A DNA stretch of 64,000 nucleotides from an uncultured Steroidobacteraceae bacterium. Its GTDB lineage: Bacteria > Pseudomonadota > Gammaproteobacteria > Steroidobacterales > Steroidobacteraceae. The position numbers and the translations under genes are program-made. Below, one piece after another: positions 46,844 through 61,355 of this stretch (its first letter is position 1; every line of letters starts with the position of its first letter). The stretch is taken from contig CAZBTV010000006.1 in NCBI GenBank assembly GCA_964494895.1, forward strand, positions 12,043-76,042, in the 5' to 3' direction. The notes beneath the pieces are model-generated. The model did not search any database. It saw only the letters and a program-made list of their open reading frames with translations, and was not told where the DNA came from.

Positions 46844-48490
46844 ATGTCCACTGGAGTGCTCACCGACACCGGATTTCTGGCGCGAGAACGGACGATCGCG
46901 GGCCCAGGCTTCAGCCGCTGGCTCATTCCTCCCGCCGCGCTGGCGATTCATCTGTGCATCGGCATGGCGTACGGCTTCTCGGTCTTCTGGTTGCCCCTGT
47001 CGAAGGCGATCGGCATAACCAACCCCGTCGCCTGTCCGGCGGACATGGGCCTGCTGGGTCGCGCGCTCACGAGCACTTGCGATTGGAAGATCTCCGACCT
47101 GCAATGGACGTTCGTGCTGTTTTTCGTGTTTCTCGGATCCGCCGCGTTCGCCTATGGCGGCTGGTTGGAGCGAGCCGGACCGCGTAAGGCGGGAGTCGTG
47201 GCGGCCATATGTTGGTGCGGCGGGCTCGCAATCTCCGCCTTCGCCATCAGCATCCACCAGCTCTGGCTCCTCTGGCTCGGTTCCGGTGTCATTGGTGGCA
47301 TCGGCCTCGGACTGGGATATATCTCGCCCGTCTCCACTCTGATCAAATGGTTTCCAGACCGGCGCGGCATGGCCACGGGCATGGCGATCATGGGATTCGG
47401 GGGCGGTGCCATGATCGGCGCGCCGCTCGCAGACAGGCTCATGAAATACTATGCGACGCCGGCGTCCGTGGGAGTATGGGAAACCTTCCTGACACTGGCG
47501 GTGATCTACTTCGTCTTCATGATGGGCGGAGCGCTGGGCTATCGATTGCCGGCCGATGGTTGGCGGCCGAGCGGATGGGAACCCGCCCGCACCACACAGA
47601 AAATACTCGTCACGGACAAGCACGTCGCGCTGGAAGTAGCGTGGCGGACGAGGCAGTTCTGGCTGCTGTGGGCGGTACTATGCCTGAATGTGACCGCGGG
47701 CATTGGAATTCTCTCGATGGCTTCTCCTCTATTGCAGGAGGTCTTTGGTGGGCACCTGATCGGAGTCAACGCGACTTTCGATCAGCTCACGCCCGAACAG
47801 AAGGGGCAGATCGCCGCGATCGCGGCCGGTTTCACCGGCCTGCTGTCATTGTTCAACATCGCCGGCCGTATTTTCTGGGCATCGTTGTCCGACCATATCG
47901 GGCGCAAGGCGACCTACGCTGTATTCTTTCTCCTGGGCGTAGCACTGTATGCCTCGATTCCGTGGACGGCCGCGGAAGGCAGCCTGGCACTGTTCGTCGG
48001 CTTCTTCTGCGTGATCCTGTCGATGTATGGTGGTGGCTTCTCCACGGTACCGGCCTATCTGGCGGATCTGTTCGGCACCCGGATGGTGGGTGCGATCCAC
48101 GGGCGTCTGCTGACCGCCTGGTCGGCGGCCGGAGTGCTCGGGCCGGTGCTGGTGAACTACATCCGTGACTACCAACTCGATCACGGTATCGCGCGCGCCC
48201 AGGTCTACAGCGTCACCATGTTCATCCTGGCGGGGCTGCTGGTGATCGGCTTTTTCTGCAACTGGCTCATCAGGCCGGTGGACCCGAAGCACTTCATGAC
48301 CGCCACGGAATTGGAGCAGACTGCACCGAAACAGCCCTCCGCGAGCCTCTCCAGGGCAGGCGAAACATCGAGCGCCACCGCCGCAGGCGGCACTTCAGCG
48401 CTCGTGATACCAGCCTGGCTGCTCGTATGGATTCCGCTGGGCTGGGGCGTGTGGGTCACACTCACAAAGGCCGTAGTCCTGTTCAAGTAA
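46844..48490 (+). CDS. MFS transporter, oxalate/formate antiporter (OFA) family
   Basis: RWLIPPAALAIHLCIGMAYGFSVFWLPL...FPDRRGMATGMAIMGFGGGAMIGAPL. 12-TM-like. Confidence 0.8.
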   Translation: MSTGVLTDTGFLARERTIAGPGFSRWLIPPAALAIHLCIGMAYGFSVFWLPLSKAIGITNPVACPADMGLLGRALTSTCDWKISDLQWTFVLFFVFLGSAAFAYGGWLERAGPRKAGVVAAICWCGGLAISAFAISIHQLWLLWLGSGVIGGIGLGLGYISPVSTLIKWFPDRRGMATGMAIMGFGGGAMIGAPLADRLMKYYATPASVGVWETFLTLAVIYFVFMMGGALGYRLPADGWRPSGWEPARTTQKILVTDKHVALEVAWRTRQFWLLWAVLCLNVTAGIGILSMASPLLQEVFGGHLIGVNATFDQLTPEQKGQIAAIAAGFTGLLSLFNIAGRIFWASLSDHIGRKATYAVFFLLGVALYASIPWTAAEGSLALFVGFFCVILSMYGGGFSTVPAYLADLFGTRMVGAIHGRLLTAWSAAGVLGPVLVNYIRDYQLDHGIARAQVYSVTMFILAGLLVIGFFCNWLIRPVDPKHFMTATELEQTAPKQPSASLSRAGETSSATAAGGTSALVIPAWLLVWIPLGWGVWVTLTKAVVLFK

Positions 48491-48513
48491 ACGATCGTCA
48501 GGCAGCGGGGGCC

Positions 48514-50712
<2,199 letters not shown>

Positions 50713-50964
50713 TGTTGCTGTTCCCCTTCGATGGGCCGACTCCGCTTCGCGCCAGTCCGTGGCGAGCCTGCCCGTGCGTGTAGTAAAGGCCGATGCTGGA
50801 ATCGATCCTCTTAGCAAGCGCCATGCCGCAACTTCAGTGCGCCCCAGTCAGACCTGTCCGACAAGCATCCGGGGCAAGTGCCTATAACTTCACGACGGCG
50901 CAATGCGTCAAAGTAGCACCCGGACCTTCCCGCTCCATCTATCAGCATGTCGGGAGTAATGCAG

Positions 50965-51117
50965 ATGCTCTATTACGCAGTTGTCTTTTTCGTTATCGCG
51001 ATCATCGCAGCCGTTCTCGGCTTTGGTGGCATTGCCGCGGGGGCGGCGGGAATCGCGAAGGTACTGTTCTTCATATTCCTGATTCTGGCAGTCGTGACCT
51101 TCTTGCGAAGGGCATAG
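50965..51117 (+). CDS. DUF1328-family small membrane protein (50 aa, not in the ORF track)
   Basis: Own translation: [58 protein letters not shown] 8 nt upstream. Classic DUF1328/YtjA-like sequence. Confidence 0.8.
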   Translation: MLYYAVVFFVIAIIAAVLGFGGIAAGAAGIAKVLFFIFLILAVVTFLRRA

Positions 51118-51147
51118 CAACCTGACAGGTAAACGATAGGAGAGGAT

Positions 51148-51396
51148 ATGGGCAATACCGGCAAATCGGACATTCAGGGCGAAGGCGACTACGAGGCCGC
51201 GCGGCGCTATCGAAAGGACGTCGAGGAGTTCGTCGAAGAGGCGGATATCGACAAGGCGGCGCAAGATGCCGCGCCACGATCGTCGGACGAGCGGCGTGAG
51301 ATGGATGAGGCTGAGCGCGCAGGCCGCTCACGCTCCAAAGGCGGCAAGGAGCGGGACATGGATCTCACGCCGAAGCAGAAGACGACGCGGCCTTGA
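51148..51396 (+). CDS. small hydrophilic hypothetical protein (82 aa)
   Basis: AGGAGAGG RBS at 51137-51144. MGNTGKSDIQGEGDYEAARRYRKDVEEFVEEADIDKAA... is charged and lacks a TM segment. Sits next to DUF1328 on the same strand. Confidence 0.55.
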   Translation: MGNTGKSDIQGEGDYEAARRYRKDVEEFVEEADIDKAAQDAAPRSSDERREMDEAERAGRSRSKGGKERDMDLTPKQKTTRP

Positions 51397-51453
51397 AGGG
51401 TCAACGCAATTAGTTGAGGTTTGAGGGCGAAACGCCAGGACGGGCGGGGAACC

Positions 51454-51485
51454 GGCACCGGCACGCGCGTAGGCGTGCCGGTGCC
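51454..51485. terminator. GC-rich 13-bp hairpin between convergent genes (no U-tract)
   Basis: GGCACCGGCACGC (51454-51466) / GCGTGCCGGTGCC (51473-51485) with loop GCGTAG. It lies between the stop at 51396 (+) and the stop at 51505 (-). Confidence 0.4.
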
Positions 51486-51504
51486 TGCGCGACTGAGGGG
51501 CGTC

Positions 51505-52935
51505 CTATTGAAGCTGCGACGCGCTCCATCCGCCGCCCAGTGCTTCAATCAACGTGACACTGGCTGTCAGGCGGTTGACGAACACCGTGAGTGCCGATTG
51601 CTCGCTTGTCAGACGCGTGGTTTGGGCAGTGATCACGCTGCTGTAGGGTACCGTTCCGGCTTTATACTGGTTCAGGGTGAGCCGTTCGGCCTCGCGGGCC
51701 GCTTGCACCAGTTGATCATCCACAGCACCCTCCTTTTCCAGCACGCGCAGGGTAATTATCTCATCCTCCACCTGCTGAAAACCTTCGAGCACCGTCTCGC
51801 GATAGCTGTCGACAGTGTTCTCCCATGAAGCCCTCGCGGCCGCGAGCTGCGCGCGATGGAGGCCGCCAGCGAACACGATCTGAGACAGTGTGGGGCCCAC
51901 GGACCAGACCCGATTGGGGACCTGGAAAAGCTGCGTAAGGGACCCACTAGCGGTGTAGCCGATGGAGGCTGCCAGAGACAGCGACGGAAAGAAGGCGCCT
52001 TTGGCAACACCGATCTGGGCATTGGCCGCGGCGACCTTACGCTCGGCTTCGGCAATATCAGGACGTCTCTCGAGCAATGCGGAAGGCACGCCGGGGGGGA
52101 CTGTAGGAACATCCGTTCTGAGCGCGGTCGGCGGGATGGAGAACGTGGCGGGCTGCTGTCCAACCAGGACCGCGATCGCGTGCTCCAGCGTTCCTCGTTG
52201 TATTGCCACAGCGGTTTGCTGAGCCTGCGCGGATAGCAACTGCGTCTGTGCAGTCACCACGTCCGCCTTTGCGGCGACCCCAACCCGATAGCGGTTTTCA
52301 GTGATTTTCAGTGCCTGATCATCCGCGCTGACAATATCGTTCAAGAGAATCTGCAGCTGATCCTGTCCGCGAAGCTGGAAATAATCGAGAGCCAGATTGG
52401 CCTGTGCTGACAGACGCGCTGCCGCGAGCTGGGCCTCGCTGAACTGTGCGCTCGCCCGGTCGCTTTCTACCTGACGCCGTACCTGGCCCCAGATATCCAG
52501 AGGCCAGCTCAGCGATCCGGAGGCACTGTTCTGGTTGAAGGTGTTTATTCTGAACGTGTTCCCAACTGCGGCGGACGCACCCGGTGCGTGGCCTTCACGC
52601 ATGCGGTTGCCGCTAACAGTGACGGTAGGCCAGTAACCGGCCGCTGCCTCCCTGACGAGCGCCCTCGCCTGCTCGACGGCGGCAGCCGCCGCCTTCACGT
52701 TCTGATTCGAGATGTCGATCTGCTCCTCGAGACTACTCAGAACGGGGTCATTGAAGACCTGCCACCACGGGCCCCGGCTCAAGGCGTCAGCGGGCTCGGT
52801 GGGCTTCCAATCGCCGAATTCTTTGAAGCTCGTTGCCGTGTCCACCGTCGGACGCTTGTAGTCGGGCCCGATCGCGCACGAGGTGACGAGCACACACATA
52901 CCACTGAGCAATACCCCACGAACGCGATAGATCAT
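51505..52935 (-). CDS. efflux outer-membrane factor lipoprotein (NodT/OprM family)
   Basis: Lipobox LVTSCAIGPDYKRP. Repeated coiled-coil/OEP pattern. ATGA overlap with the upstream RND gene. Confidence 0.9.
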   Translation of the reverse strand: MIYRVRGVLLSGMCVLVTSCAIGPDYKRPTVDTATSFKEFGDWKPTEPADALSRGPWWQVFNDPVLSSLEEQIDISNQNVKAAAAAVEQARALVREAAAGYWPTVTVSGNRMREGHAPGASAAVGNTFRINTFNQNSASGSLSWPLDIWGQVRRQVESDRASAQFSEAQLAAARLSAQANLALDYFQLRGQDQLQILLNDIVSADDQALKITENRYRVGVAAKADVVTAQTQLLSAQAQQTAVAIQRGTLEHAIAVLVGQQPATFSIPPTALRTDVPTVPPGVPSALLERRPDIAEAERKVAAANAQIGVAKGAFFPSLSLAASIGYTASGSLTQLFQVPNRVWSVGPTLSQIVFAGGLHRAQLAAARASWENTVDSYRETVLEGFQQVEDEIITLRVLEKEGAVDDQLVQAAREAERLTLNQYKAGTVPYSSVITAQTTRLTSEQSALTVFVNRLTASVTLIEALGGGWSASQLQ

Positions 52936-55900
52936 GTACTGACCTGCATGGATCCGGAACCCTCCTCTCCCCCAAGCGCGCCGAGCGCCGCGGGAGGCGC
53001 CGTACGAGGTTGTTTTTTCCGCGAGAATCGATGGATGTACAGGTACACCACCGGAGTGGTGTACAAAGTCAAAAGTTGGCTCACGATGAGGCCACCGACG
53101 ATCGAGACGCCCAGCGGGCGGCGCATTTCCGTGCCGTCACCGTAAGCCACCGCCAATGGGAGAGCGCCGGCGATTGCCGCGCAGGTGGTCATCATAATGG
53201 GCCGGAAGCGCAGAGAGCAGGCGCGCGCGATCGCCGAGCGCGGATCGAGGCCAAGCGTGCGCTCCGCCTCGAGTGCGAAATCGACCATCATGATGGCGTT
53301 CTTCTTGACGATACCGATCAGGAGCAGGATGCCCAGAAAGGCAATGAGACTGAACTCCATATCGACAACCAATAGAGCCAACAGCGCGCCCAGGCCGGCC
53401 GACGGCAGTGTCGAAAGGATGGTGAGCGGCTGACTATAACTCTCGTACAGCATGCCGAGCACCACATAGATAGCGACCAGCGCGCCCAGCAACATGAGAG
53501 GCTGCCCGCTGGCCTGCTGCTGGAAAAGGCGTGCCGTGCCATACGAGCTGCCGTGGATGCTGACGGGCACATGGATCCGCTCCATCGTCTTCTCGATCGC
53601 CGCCAGCCCAGTGCTCAAGGCCTCACCTTCGGGGAGATTGAAAGAGATCGAGGTGGACACCGATGTTCCGGTGTGATTCACGCTCACCGCCGTGGTGGTG
53701 GTCGCGTAATGGCTGAAAGCCGAAAAAGGAACGACCGTTTCCTTGCTCGTGCTCACCGCGGCGCCCGTCGAAGTGTTGCCGCGGCCGGAGTTGGCCAGCG
53801 AGTTCGCCGCAAGGTTGCGAGCGAGGTCCGCGGCAACGTCGCTGGCGCTCGTCGCTACCGTCCTGGATTTCGCCTTGAATGAGGTTGTGCCCGCGACCGC
53901 TTGTGTCGCCTGGGTGCCGCTTACCGCCCCGCCGGAAGTGCTCACGTACATTTCGTTGAGGACCTCCGGGCTCTGCCAGAACTCGGGTGCGACCTCCATT
54001 ACTACATGGTACTGCTGTGGGCTGAAAGGATTGTAGATGGTGGAAACCTGCGCCTGCGCGAATGCACCGCCCAGGGTATTGTCGATCTGGCTCTCGGTGA
54101 GCCCGAGCCGCGAAGCGCTGTCCCGATCGACGATCAGATCAGTCTCCAGCCCGCCGGGCTGCAGATCCGAATCCACGTCCTCCACCTCGGGCACGTCCTG
54201 CAGAGCGCGCCGCAGGTTGACTGACCACTTGCGCAGCTCGGTGAGGTCATCACCCAACAAGGTGTACTGATATTGCGCGTTGCCGGAACGGCCACCCCCG
54301 CCTCCGCCCAGGTCCTGGACAGCCTGAAGGAAGCTGGCAACGCCGGTCACCTTGTTGAGTTTCGGACGCAACCTGTCGATGATCTGATCTGCAGACACGT
54401 CGCGCTCACTCCGGGGCTTGAGCGTCACACTGATACTCGCGGTGGCACCGCCGCCAAAGCCCGGCCCGAAACCTCCCCCGCCGACCGACCCCGTGACGGC
54501 GGCGACCGCGGGATCGTGTTGAATGATGTCCGCGACCTCCTGCAGCTTCGCCTTCATGAGTTGGAAGGACGAGAAGGCATCGCCGCGGATTCCACCCTGG
54601 AGCTGACCCGTATCCTGCTGTGGGAAGAAGCCCTTCGGCACGACGACGTATAGGTACACGTTCAGGACGACCGTCACCAGCAGGATGAGCAACATGATGC
54701 GCCGGTGGTCCAGAGCCCAGCTCAACGATCGCTCGTAACCCGAGCGCAACGCATTGAATCCGCGCTCGAAGGCTCGCCCGAAGCGGGTAAGCTCTCGAGC
54801 GGTCTCCCGACGCAGCAGCCGGGAGCACATCATCGGGGTCGTAGTCAGCGAGACGACCAGGGAGATCAGGATCGATACCGACAGTGTCACGGTGAATTCA
54901 CGGAACAACCGACCCACGATCCCGCCGACCAGCTCGAACGGCACAAACACGGCGACGAGGGACAAGCTCATGGACAGCACGGTGAAACCCACTTCCTGGG
55001 CACCGAGGAGCGCTGCCTTCATTGGCGTCATACCCTGTTCGATGTGACGCGTCGTGTTCTCCATCACGACGATGGCGTCGTCGACCACGAAACCCGTAGC
55101 GATCGTAAGCGCCATCAGGGAAAAGTTGTCGAGCGTATAGTCCAGGAGATACATCGCACCGAAAGTGCCCACCAGAGACACCGGTACCACCAGCGCAGGA
55201 ACCAGCGCGGCGCGATAGCTGTGCAGAAACATGTACACGACGAGGATCACCATAGCCACGGCTAGCAGCAGGGTCTCCTCGACCTGGTGGAGCGATGCGC
55301 GGATCGTGGTAGAGCGATCGAAGGTGACCACAAGGTCGATCTTCGGATCGATGGCGGCTTTCAAAAGCGGCAGCTCGGCTCGGACCGCGTCCACCACTTC
55401 CACAACGTTCGCACCCGGCTGCTGGAGGATCTGCACCGACACGGCAGGCTTGCCGTTGTAGAGCCCATAAGTGCGAATGTTCTCCGTCGCTCCATCCTCC
55501 ATGTCCGTGACGCTGGCGACATCCGAGAGCCGCACAGGCGCATTGTTGCGGTTCGCAATGATCAGGTTACGATACGTTGCGGCGTCACGCGCATTGTCGT
55601 TGGTGTAGATCTGGTAGTGGAGCCGGTCCGACTCGATCGAGCCTTTCGGAGCATTGGCGTTTGCGTTCGAGATTGCGGCCCGGATGTCCTGCAAGCCGAT
55701 GCCGTATTTCGAAAGCGATAGCGGGTTGATCTCGACACGGACGGCGGGCAACGCGCTGCCGCTCACGTTTACCCCGCCTACCCCCTTCACCTGCGATAGC
55801 CGCTGCGAGATGACAGCGTCCGCGGCATCGTAGATCTGCCCCTGGGTCAGGGTATCGGAGGTCATCGCGATGTTCATGATCGGAAACATCGAGCTGTTGA

Positions 55901-56294
55901 TCTTCCGATAGGACGGGTTGCGAGTCAGTGAGCTCGGCAAGTCGGCATGCGCCGCGACTATCGCCGCCTGCACGTCACGCGCGGCACCCTCGATGTCACG
56001 ATCGATGCCGAAGGTAAGCTGGATGTTGGTCGAGCCCACACTGCTGTTCGAGGTCATATCGTCGACATCGGCAATGGCGCCGAGGTGGCGCTCGAGGGGA
56101 GTCGCCACGGTACTCGCCATGACCTCGGGGCTCGCTCCGGGAAGGCTGGCGGAGACGAAGATGGCCGGCACGTCGATTCGAGGCAACGGCGCGACCCCCA
56201 ACAGCGTGAAGGACGCAATGCCCGCGAGGGCCACCCCGATGGTCAGCAGGATGGTCGCGACCGGCCGCGCGATGAAAGGAGCCGAGATATTCAC
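52932..56294 (-). CDS. mdtC: RND multidrug efflux permease (MdtC-like) with Ser/Thr/Ala-rich periplasmic insertion
   Basis: GTG start overlapping the mdtB-like stop. [24 protein letters not shown]...[15 protein letters not shown]. The second RND permease in tandem is an MdtBC-type arrangement. Confidence 0.85.
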   Translation of the reverse strand: MNISAPFIARPVATILLTIGVALAGIASFTLLGVAPLPRIDVPAIFVSASLPGASPEVMASTVATPLERHLGAIADVDDMTSNSSVGSTNIQLTFGIDRDIEGAARDVQAAIVAAHADLPSSLTRNPSYRKINSSMFPIMNIAMTSDTLTQGQIYDAADAVISQRLSQVKGVGGVNVSGSALPAVRVEINPLSLSKYGIGLQDIRAAISNANANAPKGSIESDRLHYQIYTNDNARDAATYRNLIIANRNNAPVRLSDVASVTDMEDGATENIRTYGLYNGKPAVSVQILQQPGANVVEVVDAVRAELPLLKAAIDPKIDLVVTFDRSTTIRASLHQVEETLLLAVAMVILVVYMFLHSYRAALVPALVVPVSLVGTFGAMYLLDYTLDNFSLMALTIATGFVVDDAIVVMENTTRHIEQGMTPMKAALLGAQEVGFTVLSMSLSLVAVFVPFELVGGIVGRLFREFTVTLSVSILISLVVSLTTTPMMCSRLLRRETARELTRFGRAFERGFNALRSGYERSLSWALDHRRIMLLILLVTVVLNVYLYVVVPKGFFPQQDTGQLQGGIRGDAFSSFQLMKAKLQEVADIIQHDPAVAAVTGSVGGGGFGPGFGGGATASISVTLKPRSERDVSADQIIDRLRPKLNKVTGVASFLQAVQDLGGGGGGRSGNAQYQYTLLGDDLTELRKWSVNLRRALQDVPEVEDVDSDLQPGGLETDLIVDRDSASRLGLTESQIDNTLGGAFAQAQVSTIYNPFSPQQYHVVMEVAPEFWQSPEVLNEMYVSTSGGAVSGTQATQAVAGTTSFKAKSRTVATSASDVAADLARNLAANSLANSGRGNTSTGAAVSTSKETVVPFSAFSHYATTTTAVSVNHTGTSVSTSISFNLPEGEALSTGLAAIEKTMERIHVPVSIHGSSYGTARLFQQQASGQPLMLLGALVAIYVVLGMLYESYSQPLTILSTLPSAGLGALLALLVVDMEFSLIAFLGILLLIGIVKKNAIMMVDFALEAERTLGLDPRSAIARACSLRFRPIMMTTCAAIAGALPLAVAYGDGTEMRRPLGVSIVGGLIVSQLLTLYTTPVVYLYIHRFSRKKQPRTAPPAALGALGGEEGSGSMQVST

Positions 56295-59200
56295 GCCGGA
56301 TCATCCACCAGATCGTGAGCCTGCGGCTGATCACCTCCCAGAATCCGCTTGGAGATGCGGTCGAAGGTCAGATAGATGACAGGCGTCGTGAACAAGGTGA
56401 GCACCTGGCTCACCAACAGGCCACCGACGATGCTGACACCGAGCGGATGGCGCAGCTCGGAGCCCGTTCCGGTGCCGAACATGAGCGGCAAAGCGCCGAA
56501 TATGGCGGCTACCGTGGTCATGAGAATCGGCCGGAACCGCAGCAGACAGGCCTGATAGATCGCCTCGTGCGGCGCCAGGCCCTGTTCGCGTTGCGCATCG
56601 ATCGCGAAGTCGATCATCAGGATGGCGTTCTTTTTCACGATACCAATGAGCAGGATGATGCCGACCAGGGCGATGATGGTCAGGTGCTCACCGGCCAGCA
56701 TGAGCGCCAGCAGCGCACCGATACCTGCCGACGGCAGCGTCGAAAGAATCGTGATCGGGTGTATGAAGCTCTCGTACAGAACACCCAACACGATGTACAT
56801 CACGAGCACGGCAGCGATGAGCAACAGCAGCTCGTTCGTGAGATTGTTGCGAAAGGCGAGAGCCGCTCCCTGGAAGGTGGTGCGAATGCTTTCTGGGACG
56901 CCGATGTCCCGCTCCACCTTCTCGATGGCATCCACCGCCGCCCCGAGGGAGGCGTCCGGCGCGAGATTGAATGACACGGTCGTCGCTGGAAACTGTGCCA
57001 GGTGATTGATCAGAAGCGGCCGCTGCTCGACGTCCACCCTCGCAATCGCGGAGAGCGGCACTTGACCGCCGGCCGCCGAAGGCACGTAGATCGAGGCTAG
57101 CGAGTCCACGGAGGTATAGGACACCGGGTCTGCTTCGAGAATGACCCGGTATTGATTCGACTGCGTGAAGATAGTGGATACGATCCGCTGGCCGAATGCA
57201 TCGTAAAGGGCGTTGTCCACGGTGCCGACGCTGATGCCCAGACGCGCCGCGCTGTCGCGATCGATCGTCACATAAGCCGCAAGGCCATTGTCCTCCTGAT
57301 TGCTGACCACGTCTGCCAGCTCGGGCTGGCGGCGCAACTCCGCAACCAGCTTGGGCGTGTACGTCGAGAGCGCGTTGGCATCCGCGCTCTCCAGCGTGAA
57401 CTGGTACTGCGTCCGGCTGACCGTGTTATCCAGGGTGAGATCCTGGACCGGTTGCATGTAGAGAGTAATCCCGGGAATGCCTGTCGTCTCGGTACGCAAA
57501 CGGCGGATGATGTCCGTGATCGTATCCGTACGCTTGTCGCGCGGCTTGAGATTGATCAGGAATCGTCCACTGTTGAGCGTGACGTTGTTGCCATCCACGC
57601 CGATGAAGGATGACAGGCTGTCCACATCCGGATCGGTCAGGATCGCCGCCGCGAGCTGTTGCTGGCGCTCGGCCATGGCCTCATACGAGACGCTCTCGCT
57701 CGCCTCTGAAACACCTTGTATGAGTCCTGTATCCTGATCCGGAAAGAACCCCTTGGGGATGAGCCAGTAGAGAAAGGCGGTCAGCAGCACCGTGGCTGTC
57801 GCCACATAGAGCGTCAGGCGCTGGTGATCCAACACCCATTTCAGGCGCCGCCCATAGGATTCGATGAGCTTGCCGAACCAGCCGGCATTCTCCTGCTCCT
57901 GCGCAGCATGCAAGGGCGCGTGCCGCAGCAGCTTCGCGCACATCATCGGAACCAGGGTCAGCGAGACGACCGCCGAAATAATGATGGTGACGGAGAGCGT
58001 AACGGCGAACTCGCGAAACAGGCGCCCCACCACATCCTGCATGAACAGCAGCGGTATGAGCACGGCAATCAGGGACACGGTCAGGGAGATGATCGTGAAT
58101 CCGATCTGTCCGGCGCCTTTCAGAGCCGCATCGAGCGGACGCTCGCCGGCTTCGATGTAGCGCGTGATGTTCTCGATCATGACGATCGCGTCGTCCACCA
58201 CGAATCCGGTGGCGATCGTGAGCGCCATGAGCGACAGATTGTTGAGGCTGAAGCCTGCCAGATACATCACCGCGAAGGTGCCGATGAGCGACAGCGGCAC
58301 GGACAAACTTGGAATGACGGTGGCCGGGATATTGCGCAGGAAGAGGAAAATCACCAGGACCACCAGAGCCACGGCGAGCGTCATCTCGAATTCCACATCG
58401 CGGATCGATGCGCGGATGGTGGTCGTACGGTCGGTCAATACAGCGACGTCGACGCCGGCCGGCAGCGATGCTTTCAGCTCGGGCAAGAGGGCCTGAATCC
58501 GGTTCACGACATCGACCACGTTCGCGCCCGGCTGCCGTTGCACATTCACGATGAGCGCCTGAGTGTTGTTCATCCAGCCGCCGAGCTTGGTGTTCTCAGC
58601 ACTCTCGAGGAGAGTAGCGACGTCCTTCAGACGCACCGGTGAATTGTTGCGATAGGCAATGATGATGTCGGCGTATTCGCTAGCGCTCCTGAGCTGGTCG
58701 TTCGTATTGATCGTGTAGGCGCGAGTCGGTCCGTCCAGTGTGCCCTTCGGGCCATTCTGATTGGCTACGCTGATAGTCGTACGCAGATCGTCGATGTTGA
58801 GACCATATGCGGCCAGGGCGCGTGGATTGACAATGACCCGGACCGCGGGACGTTGCCCGCCGGTGATGCTGACTACGCCGACGCCTTTGATCTGCGAGAT
58901 CTTCTGGGCTATGCGCGTGTCAGCCATGTCCTCGACCTGCGTCAGGGGCATGACTTTCGAGGTAATCCCGAGACTGAGCACCGGTGCGTCGGCGGGGTTT
59001 ACCTTGGCATAGATCGGTGGCGCGGGCAGGTCCTGCGGAATCAGGACTTGCGCGGCACTGATCGCCGCCTGCACCTCCTGCTCGGCTACGTCGATGTTGA
59101 GCGAGAGATTGAATTGCAGCGTAATGACAGAAGCTCCAGCCGAGCTCGTCGAGGACATCTGGCTCAGTCCCGGCATCTGTCCGAACTGCTTCTCGAGCGG

Positions 59201-59395
59201 CGCGGTGATGGCTGAGGTGATGACCTCGGGGCTGGCGCCCGGATAAAACGTCTGCACCTGGATGGTCGGATAGTCGACCTCGGGCAGCGCCGACAAAGGG
59301 AGCTGGAAGAAAGCGATCACACCCACGATCAGAATCGCGACCATCAACAAAGTGGTGGCCACGGGCCGCAATATGAAAAGACGTGACGGATTCAT
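56291..59395 (-). CDS. mdtB: RND multidrug efflux permease (MdtB-like)
   Basis: ATG 59395. [33 protein letters not shown]...[15 protein letters not shown]. The 78 upstream codons of the track ORF were rejected. Confidence 0.88.
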   Translation of the reverse strand: MNPSRLFILRPVATTLLMVAILIVGVIAFFQLPLSALPEVDYPTIQVQTFYPGASPEVITSAITAPLEKQFGQMPGLSQMSSTSSAGASVITLQFNLSLNIDVAEQEVQAAISAAQVLIPQDLPAPPIYAKVNPADAPVLSLGITSKVMPLTQVEDMADTRIAQKISQIKGVGVVSITGGQRPAVRVIVNPRALAAYGLNIDDLRTTISVANQNGPKGTLDGPTRAYTINTNDQLRSASEYADIIIAYRNNSPVRLKDVATLLESAENTKLGGWMNNTQALIVNVQRQPGANVVDVVNRIQALLPELKASLPAGVDVAVLTDRTTTIRASIRDVEFEMTLAVALVVLVIFLFLRNIPATVIPSLSVPLSLIGTFAVMYLAGFSLNNLSLMALTIATGFVVDDAIVMIENITRYIEAGERPLDAALKGAGQIGFTIISLTVSLIAVLIPLLFMQDVVGRLFREFAVTLSVTIIISAVVSLTLVPMMCAKLLRHAPLHAAQEQENAGWFGKLIESYGRRLKWVLDHQRLTLYVATATVLLTAFLYWLIPKGFFPDQDTGLIQGVSEASESVSYEAMAERQQQLAAAILTDPDVDSLSSFIGVDGNNVTLNSGRFLINLKPRDKRTDTITDIIRRLRTETTGIPGITLYMQPVQDLTLDNTVSRTQYQFTLESADANALSTYTPKLVAELRRQPELADVVSNQEDNGLAAYVTIDRDSAARLGISVGTVDNALYDAFGQRIVSTIFTQSNQYRVILEADPVSYTSVDSLASIYVPSAAGGQVPLSAIARVDVEQRPLLINHLAQFPATTVSFNLAPDASLGAAVDAIEKVERDIGVPESIRTTFQGAALAFRNNLTNELLLLIAAVLVMYIVLGVLYESFIHPITILSTLPSAGIGALLALMLAGEHLTIIALVGIILLIGIVKKNAILMIDFAIDAQREQGLAPHEAIYQACLLRFRPILMTTVAAIFGALPLMFGTGTGSELRHPLGVSIVGGLLVSQVLTLFTTPVIYLTFDRISKRILGGDQPQAHDLVDDPA

Positions 59396-59459
59396 GCCAT
59401 CAAGTCCGCACGCCGGAGACTCGCACGGGCCGTTCTCTCGTCCACCGGGGCTTGCCGAA

Positions 59460-60833
59460 TCATCGTGTCTGAGCGGGCGGTTGGTCTTGTACTTGGCCTT
59501 GGCGCGCGTGGTTGCGCCGAAACCCTTTGCCGGGTGGAGCGCCGTTCGGAGCAGCGGTGTTTGGAGGAGCCTGTGTTGAAGCCGTGCGAGCCGGCTGCTC
59601 GGTCCCGGGAAGCTGGACAGCAGCGCCATCGCGAAGCCGATCGCCGCCCTCGGTAACCACGACGGCTCCAGGGGTAAGGCCCGCCGTCACCGCCACACGC
59701 TCGCCGTCGACCACACCCAGCGTCACAGGACGTACGGAAACAGTGTTGTCCGGCTTCACCAGATAAACGAACGTCGTGGTTTGCCCGTTCGGCGCGCCGC
59801 GGTGGACCGCCGCGTTCGGCATTACGATCTGGTTCTTCAGCTCGTCCACGACGAGCTGGATATTCACGAACTGGTTTGGAAATAGCACGTTGTCTTTGTT
59901 GTCGAACAGTGCGCGCAGCTTGACCGTGCCGGTAGTGATGTCGATCTGGTTGTCCACCGTCAGCACCTTGCCTTCCGCAAGCTTCGTGCTATCCGCGCGG
60001 TCGTAGGCTTCGGCCCGCAAGCTGGCGCCGTCATGCAGGCGCTGCATGACTTTTGTCACGTTGTCTTCCGGGATGGGGAAGATCGCGGTGATGGGCTGCA
60101 TCTGGGTAATGACCACGATGCCGTTGGCATCGCCCGGGGTCACGTAATTCCCCTGGTCGACCTGGCGCAGCCCCACCCGGCCGGTGACCGGCGCGGTGAT
60201 GTGGCAGTAGACGAGATTGATCCTGGCCGTTCTGAGTTGCGCCTCGTCGGAGGCAACCGTGCCGACGTATTGATCGACGAGCGCGCGCTGAGTGTCGACC
60301 TGCTGCTGAGACACCGAATCCTGGGCAATCAGATCCTCATAGCGCTTCAAGTCGAGCTTGGCGTCGGCCAGCAATGCCTGGTCGCGCCGCAGATTGCCTT
60401 CCATCTGTGCAAGAGCGGCTTCGTACGGGCGCGGATCGATGAGAGCCAGGGGCTCGCCCTGCTTCACGAGCTGCCCTTCCGTGAAAAAAATTTTCTGTAG
60501 CTGGCCGCTGATCTGGGTTCTGACGGTGACCGTCGCCAATGGCGTGATCGTTCCCAGCGCGGGTATCCGCACCGTGATGTCGCCAGAGGCCACCGTGGCC
60601 ACGGATACCGCCACGGGAGCGCTCTGCCCAGCGGTGCCGGGACGAGGTCGGAAGCGATGATTCTGCCGGGAGGCGTTCGCGGCCTCCTGATGTTGCTGCT
60701 GCCGATAGTGGACGAAGCGCACCAGCAGGAAGATGAACCCCAGCACGGCCAGAAGCAGGATGATCGTGACCCGGTGACGGCGCAGAAAGCTCTGCGGAGC
60801 TTCAGGGACAAAGGCCAAGTCGTTTTTCTCCAT
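59460..60833 (-). CDS. mdtA: RND efflux periplasmic adaptor (MdtA-like membrane fusion protein)
   Basis: TM anchor [16 protein letters not shown], then a lipoyl/hairpin pattern: [38 protein letters not shown]. Confidence 0.85.
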   Translation of the reverse strand: MEKNDLAFVPEAPQSFLRRHRVTIILLLAVLGFIFLLVRFVHYRQQQHQEAANASRQNHRFRPRPGTAGQSAPVAVSVATVASGDITVRIPALGTITPLATVTVRTQISGQLQKIFFTEGQLVKQGEPLALIDPRPYEAALAQMEGNLRRDQALLADAKLDLKRYEDLIAQDSVSQQQVDTQRALVDQYVGTVASDEAQLRTARINLVYCHITAPVTGRVGLRQVDQGNYVTPGDANGIVVITQMQPITAIFPIPEDNVTKVMQRLHDGASLRAEAYDRADSTKLAEGKVLTVDNQIDITTGTVKLRALFDNKDNVLFPNQFVNIQLVVDELKNQIVMPNAAVHRGAPNGQTTTFVYLVKPDNTVSVRPVTLGVVDGERVAVTAGLTPGAVVVTEGGDRLRDGAAVQLPGTEQPARTASTQAPPNTAAPNGAPPGKGFRRNHARQGQVQDQPPAQTR

Positions 60834-61355
60834 CACCAAAGGTACACCGGCCAAAGACGGGTCGGCCAAGGATAGACCGGATGTCGCACGCGCATCGAAT
60901 CCACATCATCCCATCACTCGCGTATCTCAACGCTTTCTCCCTACATTGCGATGACACACAGGAAGTCGCGTATCGTGACAGCAACGGACACTCTAACTGG
61001 TTGGATGCCGCGAGAGCAGGGTGTCGTACGCAAAAAGACACCTGCCGTTGACTATCCGCGGCGCCGGAAGTTTCCAGTGCGCCAGAGCGTGGTCGCGGAG
61101 CGCTCTGATGCGGACCAATCCCTTGACACATGTCATGGGTTCTGGCCCGTAAACTACAGCATTCGTCCCGCGCCGCGAGGCATGAGCCAGGCTCCGGAAA
61201 GCCTGTCCTCACAGTTTCTTAAGGTTTCTCATGGTAAAACGGGGTGCTGCTTGCCGCGGCCTGGCGCGTGCCCCACGGCACAGCGTGGCGACAAGCCTTC
61301 CGGCGGGTTGTGGTAAGTTGTGTCGCTCGCGTACGAGCGAATCGGGGCCTCATCA

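Noticed and set aside
61123-61150. TTGACA hexamer upstream of the 61356 gene as a sigma70 promoter.
   Set aside because: The best -10-like hexamers (CGTAAA/TAAACT) are 19-21 nt away. The spacing is too long to support the call.
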